Assembly: GCA_951406725.2 (NCBI GenBank)
Contig: OX597829.1
Location: 22,630,001-22,694,000 of the forward strand
Source of the DNA: Octopus vulgaris
Lineage: Eukaryota
Direction: 5' to 3'
Length of the DNA: 64,000 bases
Shown: piece by piece, positions 27,509-40,438 of the stretch
Layout: every line of letters starts with the position of its first letter
How positions within the stretch are numbered: position 1 is the stretch's first letter
Translations under genes and position numbers: made by a program
Notes under the pieces: generated by a model
Seen by the model: only the letters and a program-made list of their open reading frames with translations
The model's database searches: none
Told to the model about the DNA's origin: nothing

Positions 27509-29357
27509 TACTAGCATTATGACCCGTCGTTGCCGGGTCATAGTGCTAGTGCATGTATATATGTATATATATATGTGTACATCTATATACATACATCTAC
27601 ACATAAAATACAAAATACAAAATACAAAGTTATATCATGATATCGCTAGTGATAACAATACTCAAAATATATAACAGACTGGAATTGTAGGCTCGTCTCT
27701 TGCAACTTCGATCAATTGTATCTTGTCCTCCCTCTTGTATAGAAGTGTGGCTACAATCCAACCTACCTCTACTTCTGGGGCGACATTTTTAATGTTTATC
27801 CGGGACGTCCTACGTCCAAGATATAAAGGTAAAAATAAAATATTTCCACTTTGCAAGGTTCGAGTCGAGTACTCCCTTGCACGCTCCGTTGACTCGAACC
27901 TTGCTTCTATTGTGGCGAATTTACCGCCTCTGGTTAGATATCTTTCATAGTCGCACCAAGACACTTTTCGATGGTGCTTTCCTCCAGGTGTTCAAATCTT
28001 TTTTTTTCTCTATATTGTATACTTTATAGACAATAGTATTTTCTTTAATTTAATTTTTTATTTCGTTTGGTGGTGTTATCCTAGATTCACTGTCTTTGTC
28101 GGTGATCAATCCGTATTTCTTCCATTTTAATTTCAATGAGTTCGCGCGCGCCGACGACTGTAGCGAAATTCATTTTTGGACTTTCTTCTATCGAAGGCAT
28201 TCTAACAAAAATGCTTCCGTGTAAACGGTGAAAATATTGTCAATTTCTCAAAACAGGGACACAATTCAATTTTTAAACAATAACCAAAGCTCCTTCTCCC
28301 AAAGGGGGAGGGTTACAGTTTACAATTATTTAACAAATGCAACACAACAATGTTTCCGTTACGAGGAACCAACAAACGTGATAACAATAGTTAAGCAGTA
28401 ATAATGATAACAACAAACCTTACGATGAGTCAGAAAGCAGTAAGCAGTTGAAGCTTTAGTCCTTTATGTATAAGAAATAAACCAACAGCAGTACTCTGTA
28501 AGAGCGGCTGTTCGAGAAAACAGATATTACATACAGCCAAACTTCATATAGATACTTAATGCTAGCTAATTAGCAGATAATCTAATGTAAAAGCACAGCT
28601 CCATCTGGACTATTCCATTTCTGCACGCTAATTTTATTTTTAATTTATTCCCATTCATGTGAAACCACTTATTTAAGCTCAAGTCATTGATGCAATTTTA
28701 TACTTTTTATACTTTTTACTTTTGTTATGTTACGATTATATTATACTTTAGTTTGATTTTAATTATTACTTACTACATATAATTCAATTGTTATTATTTT
28801 TAGCATCTGACATAAAATAGAGAAATGATTTTGTTTCACTTTTAACACGTAATACTGAAATAGTGGAGAAGATATGATATTGCTATGGGCTCGCTCTAGG
28901 CAAGAAGTTGAACATTTTTTCCCATGAAACTACATGGACCCTAAGTAAGGCATGTGTAAAATTTGAATGAAATTGGTTGTGCAGTTCTCAAGTTTTAGGG
29001 AATCGTAGTGGAAAAGATATGATATTGCTGTGGGCTCGCCCTAGGCAAAAAGTTAAAAATTTGTTTTGCCGATGACACTCCCGGGACCCTAAGTAAGGCA
29101 TGTGTAAAATTTGAATGAAATTGGTTGTGTAGTTCTCAAGTTTTAGGGAAACACACATTCTCAGTTTTATATATATAGAGATATACATATATACGACGGG
29201 CTTCTTTCAGTTTCCGTCAACCAGATCCACTCACATGGCTTTGGTCGGCCCGAGGCTATAGTAGAAGATATTTTCCCAATGTGCCACGCAGTGGGACTGA
29301 ACCCGGTACCATGTTGTTGGTAATCAAGCTACTTATCACACAGCCACTCCTGCGCCT
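27225..29357 (-). mobile_element. SINE family A split by a Helitron
   Basis: The 3' half is at 27225-27510 and the 5' half at 29182-29357. Confidence 0.82.
27511..29181 (-). mobile_element. Non-autonomous Helitron carrying an ORF1-like fragment (27662-27964)
   Basis: Minus-strand 5' A|TC(TC)TATATATATAAAA, subterminal hairpin gacccg..cgggtc and 3' CTAG|T. Confidence 0.72.
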
Positions 29358-30110
29358 TCTGATATAATTCCATTCACATCTAGAATTTTCTATAGGAATA
29401 TTAAATCTACCTCAATATTTCACTGAGACTGTATTTTGTCAACTCCACAAAGTCGAAAAATAAAGTCGGTCTTTTATTGTAATTCCGTTCACATCTAGGG
29501 TGTTTTATGGGAACATTAAATCTATACCAATATTTCACTGGTACTTTATTTCATCAATCTTAGAAGGATCAAGGTAAAGTTTGTCTGTCTTCTAATATAA
29601 TTCCATTCACACATAGAAGAATGTTCTGTAAGAATATTCAATTTTATCCTAGAATTTCATCGATTCTGTATTCCATCAATTCCAAAAGGACGAAAGTTAA
29701 AGTTAGTGATAGTCTTCTTTTACAATCATATCCGCATTGAAAATGTTTTATAAGAGTACATCTACCCGCAGTATTTCACTGATACTTTATTTTATCAAAC
29801 GTAAGATAAAAGTAAGTCATAGTATTCTCGTATTCACATCATAGTCATAGTATTCCCCATTCACATCGAGGGTGTTTTGTGGAAATATTCAATCTATCCT
29901 AATATTTCACTGATATTGTGTTTTATCAACTCCAGAAGGATAAAAAGTAAAGTTAGCCTTGCTCTTCTACTACGATCTCGTTCAAACTAAGAATATTTTA
30001 TAGGAATATCACATTTATCCTTGTATTTCATTGAAACTTCATTTTATGAATCCCAAACGGATGAAAGGTAAAGATGTTTCATTGAAATATCAAATCTACC
30101 ACAGATTGGT
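29358..30110. repeat. ~120-bp degenerate tandem satellite derived from SINE family B sequence
   Basis: About 6 units of ataattccattcacatctag...atctac...tatttcactggtactttattt.atcaa.tcc..aagga...aaagt. Further units occur at 27120-27220 and 32880-33550. Confidence 0.7.
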
Positions 30111-30114
30111 ACTT

Positions 30115-30165
<51 letters not shown>

Positions 30166-30191
30166 CATTTAACAGAAAAATTCAACAAAAT

Positions 30192-30229
30192 CTGTTACTC
30201 TGAGTTTCTCGTTGCCGTTCATCAGACAG
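30192..30229 (-). ncRNA. Type I hammerhead ribozyme, left arm of perfect palindrome
   Basis: Exact reverse complement of 30253-30290. Confidence 0.75.
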
Positions 30230-30252
30230 TTTTTGCTAGATTCTAGCAAAAA

Positions 30253-30290
30253 CTGTCTGATGAACGGCAACGAGAAACTCAGAGTAACAG
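30253..30290 (+). ncRNA. Type I hammerhead ribozyme, right arm of perfect palindrome
   Basis: ctgt-CTGATGA-acg gcaa cga-GAA-actc a gagt-A-acag. There is an A.A mismatch at 10.1/11.1, and AATAAA lies about 28 nt downstream. Confidence 0.75.
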
Positions 30291-30435
30291 ATTTTGTTGA
30301 ATTTTCTGCTGCTTAAAAATAAAGCATATTACTCTACCACTGGTATTTGAGTACTCTTTTTTCCACCTTGTTTCACATTTATGTGTTTACTCCGGTATAT
30401 ATATATATATATAAAAAAAAAAATATATATATATA

Positions 30436-31742
30436 CTAGCAGCTTTTCCCGGCATGGCCGGGTATGTAAGAAACTTTGTCGATAAACAATACCCTTTACC
30501 TTTTTACCCTTTTTTGTACTCATTGAACCGTTATTTTGTAAAATGAAGCCTAAAAGGCATTAAGGCATTCAAGGCACCGTTTCCTTGCATGCATGAAGAA
30601 AATCTATGACAGTCAAAGTGCATTTTCTGGTTTTGTTTAGCACACCCAACCCAGTTCTGTGGGATCAGTGTCACGACAGGAACGCATAGGTTGGGAGTTT
30701 GACAGGCAGAGGTGATAAGGTTGCACATGCCAGCCCTTTTGACACCGCCCCCCGAACCCAAGTTAGGTTCGGACTACAGCTAAGCCCTACCTAATCCTAA
30801 CTTAAATCTAGCGAAAGGGGGATCGGGAGCCTCTAGTAGGCAACGACTAATCCCGATCTAGTCCTTTCCCTCTAGGGAATGAAGGCGCATGTGTAGGTTG
30901 CAATGTCTGCTCTTCATTCCAATACTTCTGTGTATACGACGTTCCTAGCTGAAGCGGCAAAAATCGACTAAATCGCCTGAAATCCGCCAACTATTTAACA
31001 AAAGTCAGTTTTGTAGGGTTCGCATGGTCGGTCTCAAAGTGATATGGTTTTGTCGATTTCTCCCAATACTTGTTAACTGCATTGACAAAAGGTCGTTAGT
31101 TTGACATTTAATGCAAACTTGATGTCCAACATCGGTGTAGGGAAAATCTATGTGAACTTTCAAAAATTATCGCAGAAAAATCGGTTTGATATGTGTGCCA
31201 CATATGATGTAATTAACCGACTTTTTCCAGTAATAACGTATCCTATTGGACTCAAAAGGGCCATATATCTCCTTGGAGCAGACATGATGCTCGCTGTGAA
31301 TTTCAAAAAAAATTCCTGCCAATTTGTTAAAGATATTGTCGAAAATATGTCATCTTGAATTTGAATGTGATTTCCCAAAATGGCATGATTTTATCGATTT
31401 TTTCTGATTGTAAGGTATTGCATGGAAAACTAACGTCAGAATTAAGTTCCTTAGGGTAACATTAAGCTTCACCATGAGTTCGGTGAAAATCAATTGCAAG
31501 TTGCGACAACTACAACTGAAAATGTGTTGCATATGATAAGCTTAGATTCTCGACCCCATGTCGAATTTATCACTTTTTTTTCAGAACTGGGGGAACTTTT
31601 TAAAATTTTCGCTGTGTTTTGAATTATGACATTGGGGTATGTGTGTGTCAAGTTTCAGCAGAATCGGTTGAAAGCCGTGGTCAGGGTGAGGGTATAACCT
31701 GACAGACACACAGACAGACAAACTGCCTTTTATATATATAGA
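30436..31742 (-). mobile_element. Non-autonomous Helitron
   Basis: Minus-strand 5' A|TCTATATATATAAAAGGCAG, hairpin cccggc-atg-gccggg at 30448-30462 and 3' CTAG|T. Confidence 0.78.
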
Positions 31743-31888
31743 TACATATATCTGGGTCTGGCAGCGGTCGTGGTAACATAAACATTTTTTCTCTGCCCCA
31801 AGGCACATTCCTAACACGCCAGCTGAGTTTAATTCGTCTAAGTCGAAAGACGCCTGTTTGTGATGTCCTGTTATTGTTGTTGTTGTTG

Positions 31889-31950
<62 letters not shown>

Positions 31951-32239
31951 GTTTTTACGTATTATTTTTGCATTCATATTCGTGTAACATCGTCCGTTTT
32001 TCCGTCCTTGTTTTGTATACATTCGAAGCTTTTTTCCATGGAATCTAATGCGCTTAGCTTAGTTTTTCCTTGGGGCTGGCCAGATTGGAGCAATCTCAAG
32101 ATTAATCAGCCGAAATTGCGAGGATGATCCGGTTCTTGACTGAAGATTGAAGGCTTCGAATGACCCGTCCGTGTTTTTTATATCGTCTTCTAAATGTTTT
32201 GCGTTCTTGTCCCAGTTTGTATTTATATATATATATACA

Positions 32240-32773
32240 CACACACAGACATGCAAGAAGTAAATAGACACCTTTAATTTTCAAAATCTTTTATTTGATA
32301 ATAATTAGTTGAAGGAGAGTTTTTCTTCTAGCTACTCGTCTATAATACCCAAACTTATGCAGATATGTAACACACGTTCTTGGAGTAACTTCTAACTGTT
32401 TCGCAATGTCAGAAGCCTTCGAACAGAGTTCGTTTTCCATAATTTCCAAATCCAGATCAGCTGGGACGAAAATCTGTTGATTCTTTTCCTTGGTTTTTGA
32501 ATTGCACTATAATTCTATTAATAGTAGCAAGAGGAATGTGAAGATTTTCGGCAATTTTTCATTGGCTAAGACCAGCCTCAGATTGCCCAACAATACAGCC
32601 GTTTTGAATTTTTTGTGCGTGGCATGGTTACTTTTCGCAAATGTTTAATATAATGGCACCTGGAATGAAAAAGAATAATTACATTGTAAATTCTACACCG
32701 CTGAAAGTATATTAAGACGTTAGACCAGAAATTTTGAAAATTAAAGGTGTCTATTTACTTCCTGCATGTCAGC

Positions 32774-32776
<3 letters not shown>
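32240..32776 (-). mobile_element. Internally deleted Tc1-like transposon
   Basis: TIRs of about 40 bp (GACATGCA(A/G)GAAGTAAATAGACACCTTTAATTTTCAAAAT) in TA context. The minus strand retains MPRTK.../[37 protein letters not shown], a paired-like HTH of a Tc1 transposase. Confidence 0.75.
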
Positions 32777-32850
<74 letters not shown>

Positions 32851-33060
32851 CTCCATAAGGACGAAAATAAGTTTTGGTCTTCTATTATAATTCTATTCAC
32901 AGCTAGGATGTTTTGTAAGAATATAGCATTTACACACCACCCCTCCAAGTATTTCACTGCTACTTTATTTTATCAACCCCAAAAGGAATGAATTTAAAAT
33001 TTAGCCTTAGTTTTCCATTATAAATCTATTCCTGTCTAGGGCGTTTTATATGAATATTGA

Positions 33061-33449
33061 GTGGAGGCGCAATGGCCCAGTGGTTAGGGCAGCGGACTCG
33101 CGGTCGTAGGATCGCGGTTTCGATTCCCAGACCGGGCATTGTGAGTGTTTATTGAGCGAAAACACCTAAAAAGCTCCACGAGGCTCCGGCAGGAGATGGT
33201 GGTGTTCCCTGCTGTACTCTTTCACCACAACTTTCTCTCACTCTTACTTCCTGTTTCCGTTGTACCTGTATTTCAAGGGGCCGGCCTTGTCACTCTCTGT
33301 GTCACGCTGAATATCCCCGAGAACTACGTTAAGGGTACACGTGTCTGTGGAGTGCTCAGCCACTTACACGTTAATTTCACGAGCAGGCTGTTCCGTTGAT
33401 TCGGATCAACCGGAACCCTCGTCGTCGTAACCGACGGAGTGCTTCCAAA
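33061..33449 (+). mobile_element. tRNA-Arg-derived SINE (family C; resembles octopus OR SINEs)
   Basis: Head ggcgcaatggcccagtggttagggcagcggacTCGcggtc...ggtttcgattccc and a 13-bp TSD atatgaatattga (33048-33060 / 33450-33462). Confidence 0.88.
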
Positions 33450-34526
33450 ATATGAATATTGACACCTACCACAGTATTTCACTGGTACTTTATTTTATCA
33501 ATACCAGAAAAGATGCAGGACAAAACTAACGTCAGTCTGATACGAATTCAGAACATAAAAGTGGTTTTATGCAAATGATGCAGGCATTTTGTTCGATGAC
33601 CTAACAATTTTGTTAATCTGCAAAGCCAATTGTTTGTAGGAAATACTCACCGGCTGTATTAATTTTAGCGTATTTTCGTTCCTAAATAATCGCAAGACAA
33701 AATCTAACCTTGTGACATTTTTACTCGTACTTTATCAACAACAGTACGTTGCATAGCTGAATGCTTGGTATTTGGTTTTTACTTGCGTCATGTTTCTTAT
33801 CAATACTTTCAGTTTAATTGTAGTCAGTGACTCATTGTTTAAATTGTGGTTTCTCTTGACAAGGTTTCTCTTGCCGGAATATGAAGAAATACACTGGAAG
33901 AGAGTGAATGCTACAAACCGTCTCAACTTTAAACCTTGACTTCCGACTGAAAGCCCTGATCGAAGCGATTCTGCTTCAGTTTCGTGTGGCAATCGTTTCT
34001 AAAATGTTGACCTCTGGAACAGTGTATAATTTTTATCACCTGCTCCATAAAACATGTCTAGGTTGTTGTGCTTACATTGGCTTTCTGTTTTTATTAGAAT
34101 GTCCTATATTCTTTGTTCTTTAAATCAAGGCGGCGAGCAAAATATTAAACGGCATTTCGTCCATTCTTATGTTCTGAGTTCAAATTCCACCAAAGTCGAC
34201 TTTACATTTCATCCTTTCGGGGTTCGATAAAATAAGTACCAGTGGAACACTGGGGTCGATGTAATCAACGAGTTCCCTCCCACCAAATGTCAGGCTTTGT
34301 GCTTATTCTTTAAAATTATGGATACATTCTGGTTTTTGCTGTTTAGCTTAGCAAAGGACACGCCGAAACCAGAATGAGTGCAAGACAATCCATTCTGCGA
34401 ATGACATTGTAAACCGTCACAGTGACAATGTCATACCTATCGAGAAGATAATATATTGTGGACATGAGAGACGCCTTCCATCCTTGTGTGGCACAATCGA
34501 CATTTCCTATCATATAGATGTATATA

Positions 34527-35041
34527 CGACGGGACGCTGAAAAAAATCCTGGTTTTAATAGTGCCACAAAAGGCCTGGTTGGAGGACAAATCTTTTGAGT
34601 TCTTTTGCAGGGCTTAGAAAAAAACTGAAAGGCCGTTGTAACAAGCGTGTGAATCTGAGAGGGAATATCTTTATATATAAAAGTGAAGTTGTGTGTCTGT
34701 CCCCTACGATTTAGATTCCTAACTACTCCCACATTTTGCGGTGCAGTTTAACCAAAAGCGGGTATCGTATAGTCGTGATTCATATCGAGCCCTTCTGGGT
34801 ATTAGCGCGCGTCTACGATGAGTCTACGATTTAAAAAAAGTTACCATCATTTTTTCCCATTTTTAATGCATTTTTTTGCTATTATATAAGGGAAGTAACT
34901 CTCTAAAAATGCTTATATAGTTATTTCCCTTAGAAACCCGAGCAACGCCGGGCGATACTGCTAGTGTTGAATAAAATCATAATTAACTGATACTCCTGGA
35001 TTTTCTTTTGTCGAAAGCCAGGAACTTTTCAGCCCCGCCTC

Positions 35042-35042
<1 letters not shown>
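34527..35042. mobile_element. Mariner-type MITE with nested Helitron
   Basis: TA-flanked TIRs cgacgggacgctgaaaa / ttttcagccccgcctcg. An uninterrupted sister copy lies at 35520-35724. Confidence 0.75.
34668..34964 (+). mobile_element. Short non-autonomous Helitron
   Basis: A|TCTTTATATATAAAA ... cccg-agcaacgc-cggg ... CTAG|T. Removing it restores gggaata|tgttgaataaaatc as seen at 35648-35670. Confidence 0.85.
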
Positions 35043-35074
<32 letters not shown>

Positions 35075-35076
<2 letters not shown>

Positions 35077-35484
35077 CGCAGGAGTAGCTGAGTGGTAAGT
35101 AGCTTGCTTACCAACCGCATGGTTGTTCCGGGTTCATTCCCATTGTGTAGCACCTTGGGCAAGTATCATCTACTATAGCCTCGGGCCGACCAAAGCCTTG
35201 TGAATGGATCTGGTAGACGAAAACTGAAAGAAGCCCGTCGTATATATGTATGTGTGTGTATATGTTTGTGTGTCTGTGTTTGTCCTCCCCAAATCGCTTG
35301 ACAACCGATGCTGGCGTGTTTACGTCCCCGTAACTTAGCGGTTCAGCAAAAATGACCGATAGAATAAAGTACTAGGCTTACAAAGAACAAGTCCTGGGGT
35401 CGATTTGCTCGACTAAAGGTGGTGCTCCAGCATGGCCGCAGTCAAATGACTGAAACAAGTAAAAGAGTAAAAGAAAGTAAAGAG

Positions 35485-35485
<1 letters not shown>
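35075..35485 (+). mobile_element. SINE family A
   Basis: Full-length match. Confidence 0.87.
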
Positions 35486-35519
<34 letters not shown>

Positions 35520-35520
<1 letters not shown>

Positions 35521-35718
35521 AAAGGGGTGCTGAAGCTTTCCTGGCTTTAAGTGTGTCGCAAAAGACCTGGTCGGAGGCTCAAACTTCCAAGTTCTTTTAC
35601 AGGGCTTAAAAAAACATAAACTGAGGGAATCTGTGTGAATCTGAGAGGGGAATATGTTGAATAAAATCATAATTAACAGAAGATATCTTTAACTCAAAGC
35701 CAAGAACATTTCAGCACG

Positions 35719-35724
<6 letters not shown>
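35520..35724. mobile_element. Mariner-type MITE
   Basis: Sister of 34527-35042. Confidence 0.7.
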
Positions 35725-35786
<62 letters not shown>

Positions 35787-36121
35787 ATTTAAGTATACAG
35801 TTTAGTGAAGTTTAGTTTTAAAATAATTAAACTTGCGTTTCGTTTTTTCTTTTCTTTTCTTTGTTTCTTTTTTGAATCTTTTCATAAAGAAAATAGTACT
35901 TCTGTCTGTCATCGCCACAATAAATCGGCTGGCAATGATTTTCTGTGACATGTTTTGTTAGAAGTAAAACCGATGTGAACAGGCTGAAGAAAAGGAAAAT
36001 TTGAGAAAAGTACCTTTCGGAGAATAAAATGTGAGACCTCCACCCCTGAAAAAGAAATAAATGAAATAAAAAAACTAAAAAAAAAAAAACTGGCAGAAAA
36101 ATATTTAAAAAGAAAACAAAA

Positions 36122-36285
36122 AGGCGCAGGAGTGGCTGTGTGGTAAGTAGCTTGCTAACCAACCACATGGTTCCGGGTTCAGTCTCACTGCGTGGCATCT
36201 TGGGCAAGTGTCTTCTGCTATAGCCCCGGGCCGACCAATGCCTTGTGAGTGGATTTGGTAGACGGAAACTGAAAGAAGCCTGTCG

Positions 36286-36322
<37 letters not shown>

Positions 36323-36548
36323 ATGTGTTTGTGTGTCTGTGTTTGTCCCCCTAGCATTGCTTGACAACCGATGCTGGTGTGTTTACGTCCCCGTCACTTA
36401 GCGGTTCGGCAAAAGAGACCGATAGAATAAGTACTGGGCTTACAAAGAATAAGTCCCGGGGTCGATTTGCTCGACTAAAAGGCGGTGCTCCAGCATGGCC
36501 GCAGTCAAATGACTGAAACAAGTAAAAGAGTAAAGAGTAAAGAGTAAA
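36122..36548 (+). mobile_element. SINE family A
   Basis: Full-length match with an (agagtaa)n tail. Confidence 0.9.
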
Positions 36549-37249
36549 AAGGAAAGGAGAGGAGAGGTGAGAAAGAGATTAAGGGAGAGGGAGGGAGAGA
36601 AAGTAATAGACAAGGAGTGAAAAAAGAGTCGGAAAGATAGAAGAAATAAATAAAAAAAAAGAACAGTGATACGAGAAGCGTATTAAAAAAACAAACAAAA
36701 GATTGGTTGTAATAAATTTTGTAAAAGGTAGTAAAAAGATATGATGGCTGTTGTGACCGAACTACAATGTTCTATTGTATCAGACATTAAACTCCAGACT
36801 ATATTGTCTCCACGTGTAGATATTGTGTCACAACAGGTGTTTAGAAGTTTGAGCTTCTTCGAAACGTCTATTGTTGTAACAAGCACTCCTTACGTTCAGA
36901 ACTCTTTACTTCCACATCAGAAAGTAAGTAGCTTTATCATTTTCTGTTAGTTCTGTTGGTGGTCTTAAAAACCGATACCAGTAATTTTATTGATTTCAAA
37001 TTTTGGCACAAGGTCAGAAATTTCGGTGGGGAGAGGGCAAGTCAGTTACATAGATCCAAGTGCTCAACTGGTACTTATTTTATCGACACTCGAGAGGATG
37101 AAGTGTAAAGTCGACCTCGGCAGAATTTGAACTCAGAACGCAAAGACGGACGAAATACTGCTAAGCACTTTTCCCGGTACGGTAACGATTCTACCGCCTT
37201 TGGATGCTGTGGTTATTTGTTGTTGTAAAGAGGTGAATAGGAGAGTGTG

Positions 37250-38023
37250 TGAAGGCACATGGCTCAGTGGTTTCGGGCATTCGGGTCACTATCGTAAGAT
37301 CGTGAGTTCGATATACCCGGCAACACATTCTGTCCTTGAGCAAGTCACTTTAAGAATACCCTCTAAGAATACCCTCCATCAGGCATTTGCCATATCCTGA
37401 ACGCCTTGCTTCCCTGGGCATGGACACATTGAAACTCCGACGTCTGGCAGCTGACCTGGCAGACACCCATAAAATTACCAACCATCGCACAAACAATAAC
37501 ACTGAGCACCTCTTCAAACTCCACCCGTCTAACACCCGTGGACATATTTACAAAGTAAGAAAACAGCACAGCTCCCATGACTTCAGGAAACATTTTTTCA
37601 CGCTGAGAGTTGCTGAAGCGTGGAACAAACTGCCGGCATCGGTTGTTAGTTGTCGGAGCACTGCATCCTTCAAGACTTCCATGCTTCCTGAGATTCGCCA
37701 ACACTACACTTGATTTTCTCCCCTCCATACACACACAAGCATGTTCACTTTCCAGACATTTCTACATTACTGCATGTACTTTATATGCACTTTCTGACAA
37801 GTTGTGGTGCACCTGAGCACTGTATACAATAATTTCATTATTATTATATTATTATTATCTCACATAGTTCCAGTCCACTCAGCTGTGTCAACTGAATCTC
37901 CCTGAGAACTACATTTAATTTAAATATGTTTATAGAATGCTCAGTAGCTTGCTCGTTAATTTCACGAGCAGGTTGTTCCGATGATGGATCAACTGGAACC
38001 CTCGTCGTCGTAACCGACGGAGT
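37250..38023 (+). mobile_element. Old tRNA-derived SINE (3' end shared with family C) interrupted by a CR1 fragment
   Basis: Head ggcacatggctcagtgg...gagttcgat. The tail ttaatttcacgagcagg...ggaaccctcgtcgtcgtaaccgacggagtg matches 33370-33441. Confidence 0.7.
37351..37858 (+). pseudogene. CR1-clade LINE 3' fragment
   Basis: LPYPERLASLGMDTLKLRRLAADL...TRGHIYKV...FRKHFFTLRVAEAWNKLP is the typical CR1 ORF2 C-terminus. The 3' UTR ends in (ATT)n. Confidence 0.88.
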
Positions 38024-38208
38024 GACAGCAGGACAGAGTATTTGTTTAAATGAAGTTGAGGAATTTAAAGCGGGGTATTGTTGTTGTTATTGTTTAGCTG
38101 AAGTTTAAATTTTGATCGAGTAAATAAATCTATGGTCAAAGATATTAAAGTTGTGACCTTCCTATTTGAATATTTAACCATAGTATACCTAGCACTACAA
38201 ATGTGTCC

Positions 38209-40438
38209 GGATCTTTTCTGTTAATGTCGGTTTTTCAGAAAAATGTTACAGAGGTTTAAAGTTTGATCATTTTTACCCAATAAGAAAACAGGATTTGGAA
38301 ACTGGCATTTTGTGGGTAATAACTGTATATGACAATGTTACGACGACAAACTTGTAAGGAGTTTTGAAGTTTTTGTCGCGAACTCTGGTGAACTTCCTCT
38401 CTCTCTATTATATATACATACATACGAACCTAGCAGGTAACAGCTAACCTTTGGGCGCTGTTTTGGAGCCCGTTGTGTCTACCACTCTGATTGGTTGGTA
38501 TCGGCACAATTTCTCTCTTACTCTATCGTGCGCCAATACGCAACCCAACCAATCGCAGCCTCCAAATGAATCACGTGAGACAGTATGTTCTAAACAACAT
38601 TTGAGCCTACTGTTAGCTATAAAGTCTCACCTCCTTCTAGTCTCGAAGTTTGTTGGTTCCAGACTTTCTAAGGTCTAACCACTGACCACACTACAGCGAC
38701 CTCCATATTCGTCGCCACCATCATGTCTCTCACCAACGTTGTCAACATCTACACAGCACCAACACACTGCACTGGTTCTAATATTTCAATGTTCGTGAGC
38801 TTTCCTCACCAGGGTTAACAGCTAACATACAACCCACGCAGATGCATGTAGATACATGAATAAATGTCCATCAAACACTTCCATTTATCATTCAGCTTAT
38901 GTATATATATATGTGAGACCCATATTAAAGACATGTAAAGTCACAGCCTTGTTCCATGTATTTTTTTTATATCGTGTTCGTGTCAAATGTTCATATAGCC
39001 TTCTGAGTAGAGTCACATTAGATGGGATACAACTATCCTAAATTTTAATAACTTTTAATGAATGAAGTCATGTGAAATGTTGGAACAGGCAAGTAAACAA
39101 TAAAAAAGGAAAGATCCTCAATGATTTTTTTTCCGAAAAAATCACGAAAACACAAATTGTACTTTATATTACAAAAAAAAAAAAAAAAAAAAAAAATGTT
39201 TAAGTCCACGTAAACAATTTATAAATGTTTTGTAACGAAAATTCAAACGAAATTAGGAGTTTCTGAAAGAAAAGGCAGTTTTCGTATCTCCTGCGCTACA
39301 TTTAAGCATCAATTTCAAGAATCTGAGAGTAAACCCTACACAATTCCCTGAAGATTGTGGTTCCTTGAAGAACCGACTGACGTGTACATTCCTCCAGTGT
39401 GTCGCGATTCCGTCATGGCACCACATAAAGAAAAATATGTCTAGTCTCGCGACACACTCCTCCAAGACTCCACTGTTCAGGCAGTACCCTTCCTCGGTTG
39501 TATTTACATCTTGAGAAGTCTGATTCATCTATCGTAACAATCTTCCCAAGACTACCTATCTGAATTAGATTGCGGAGAATATCCTCCGTACGTATTTCAC
39601 GAACAGAACTACTGTAATCAACAGCTGTGCAGTGGGTCATCTCCAGTTCGTCAACACAAAACTGGACTGAAGTCAATTCCTTGACCCATGAGTAAAGCAG
39701 TACAGTCCTAAGAGGAAGGGTGCCACCTTCCAAATATATATCTTTCCTGACAGACAAACACACTCCTTGCATCCTTTTCAGAAGCACCACCAGTAAACTT
39801 TCCCGCCGAGCATCTTCTCGTTCATATAGTCTTTTTGTACATAATTTTCTTTTAGAGACAATACCCTTCTCTTGCAAGTAAGAAACAATATCTTCACCGG
39901 TTTTCAATTTCTCCATCACTTTGGAAAGGTTAAAAGAGTTGACTATGGTCATACTTCTATTTAGGTTGAAAAAGTCCAGGAAAATACACAGTTAAAAATT
40001 ATGAAAATTAGGTAGTGACAGGACAGCAACCGAAAATATTCGTTCGTTTCTCCCCCAAAAAAAAAAAATAAAAATAAAGAAAAACAAACACAGGTGTAAA
40101 CGACAAAAATGAGATTGTACAAACGTTCAGAAAATAAGTATTTGTCAAAGAAAATAGACATGTAAAGATAATACACGTGATTGCAGACTATAACTTGGGC
40201 TGTAACTATGGAAACAAGCATCAATATGTCAGTCGCTTTCGATTGGCTAAAATTATCCAAAATTTGCAAATTTTAAAAGCTATTCATCCTATTTATTTAT
40301 TTATTTATTTATTTATTTATGAGACAAAAATAGATTTCATTTCTATAATTAGCATATAAAACTACATCAATACACCAAGTTTGAAATCGATTGGAACAAA
40401 GTTGAAATAATTGAAAATTGTAACAGAAGAAAAGATCC
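38209..40438 (-). mobile_element. Merlin-superfamily (IS1595/ISXO2-like) DNA transposon, decayed
   Basis: Termini GGATCTTTTC / GAAAAGATCC and an imperfect 8-bp TSD atgtgtcc/atgtgttt, with an internal transposase remnant. Confidence 0.7.
39253..39952 (-). pseudogene. Merlin/ISXO2-like DDE transposase pseudogene
   Basis: QIGSLGKIVTIDESDFSRCKYNRGRVLPEQWSLGGVCRETRHIFLYVVP* matches the Merlin motif IGG.G..VEIDES.F..RKYNRGR....WVFGG.CR. Stops and frameshifts are present. Confidence 0.85.

Noticed and set aside
33061-33135. tRNA-Arg(TCG)-like gene
   Set aside because: It continues into a 390-bp body with a TSD and has a second copy at 52203-52595, so it is a SINE head rather than a tRNA.
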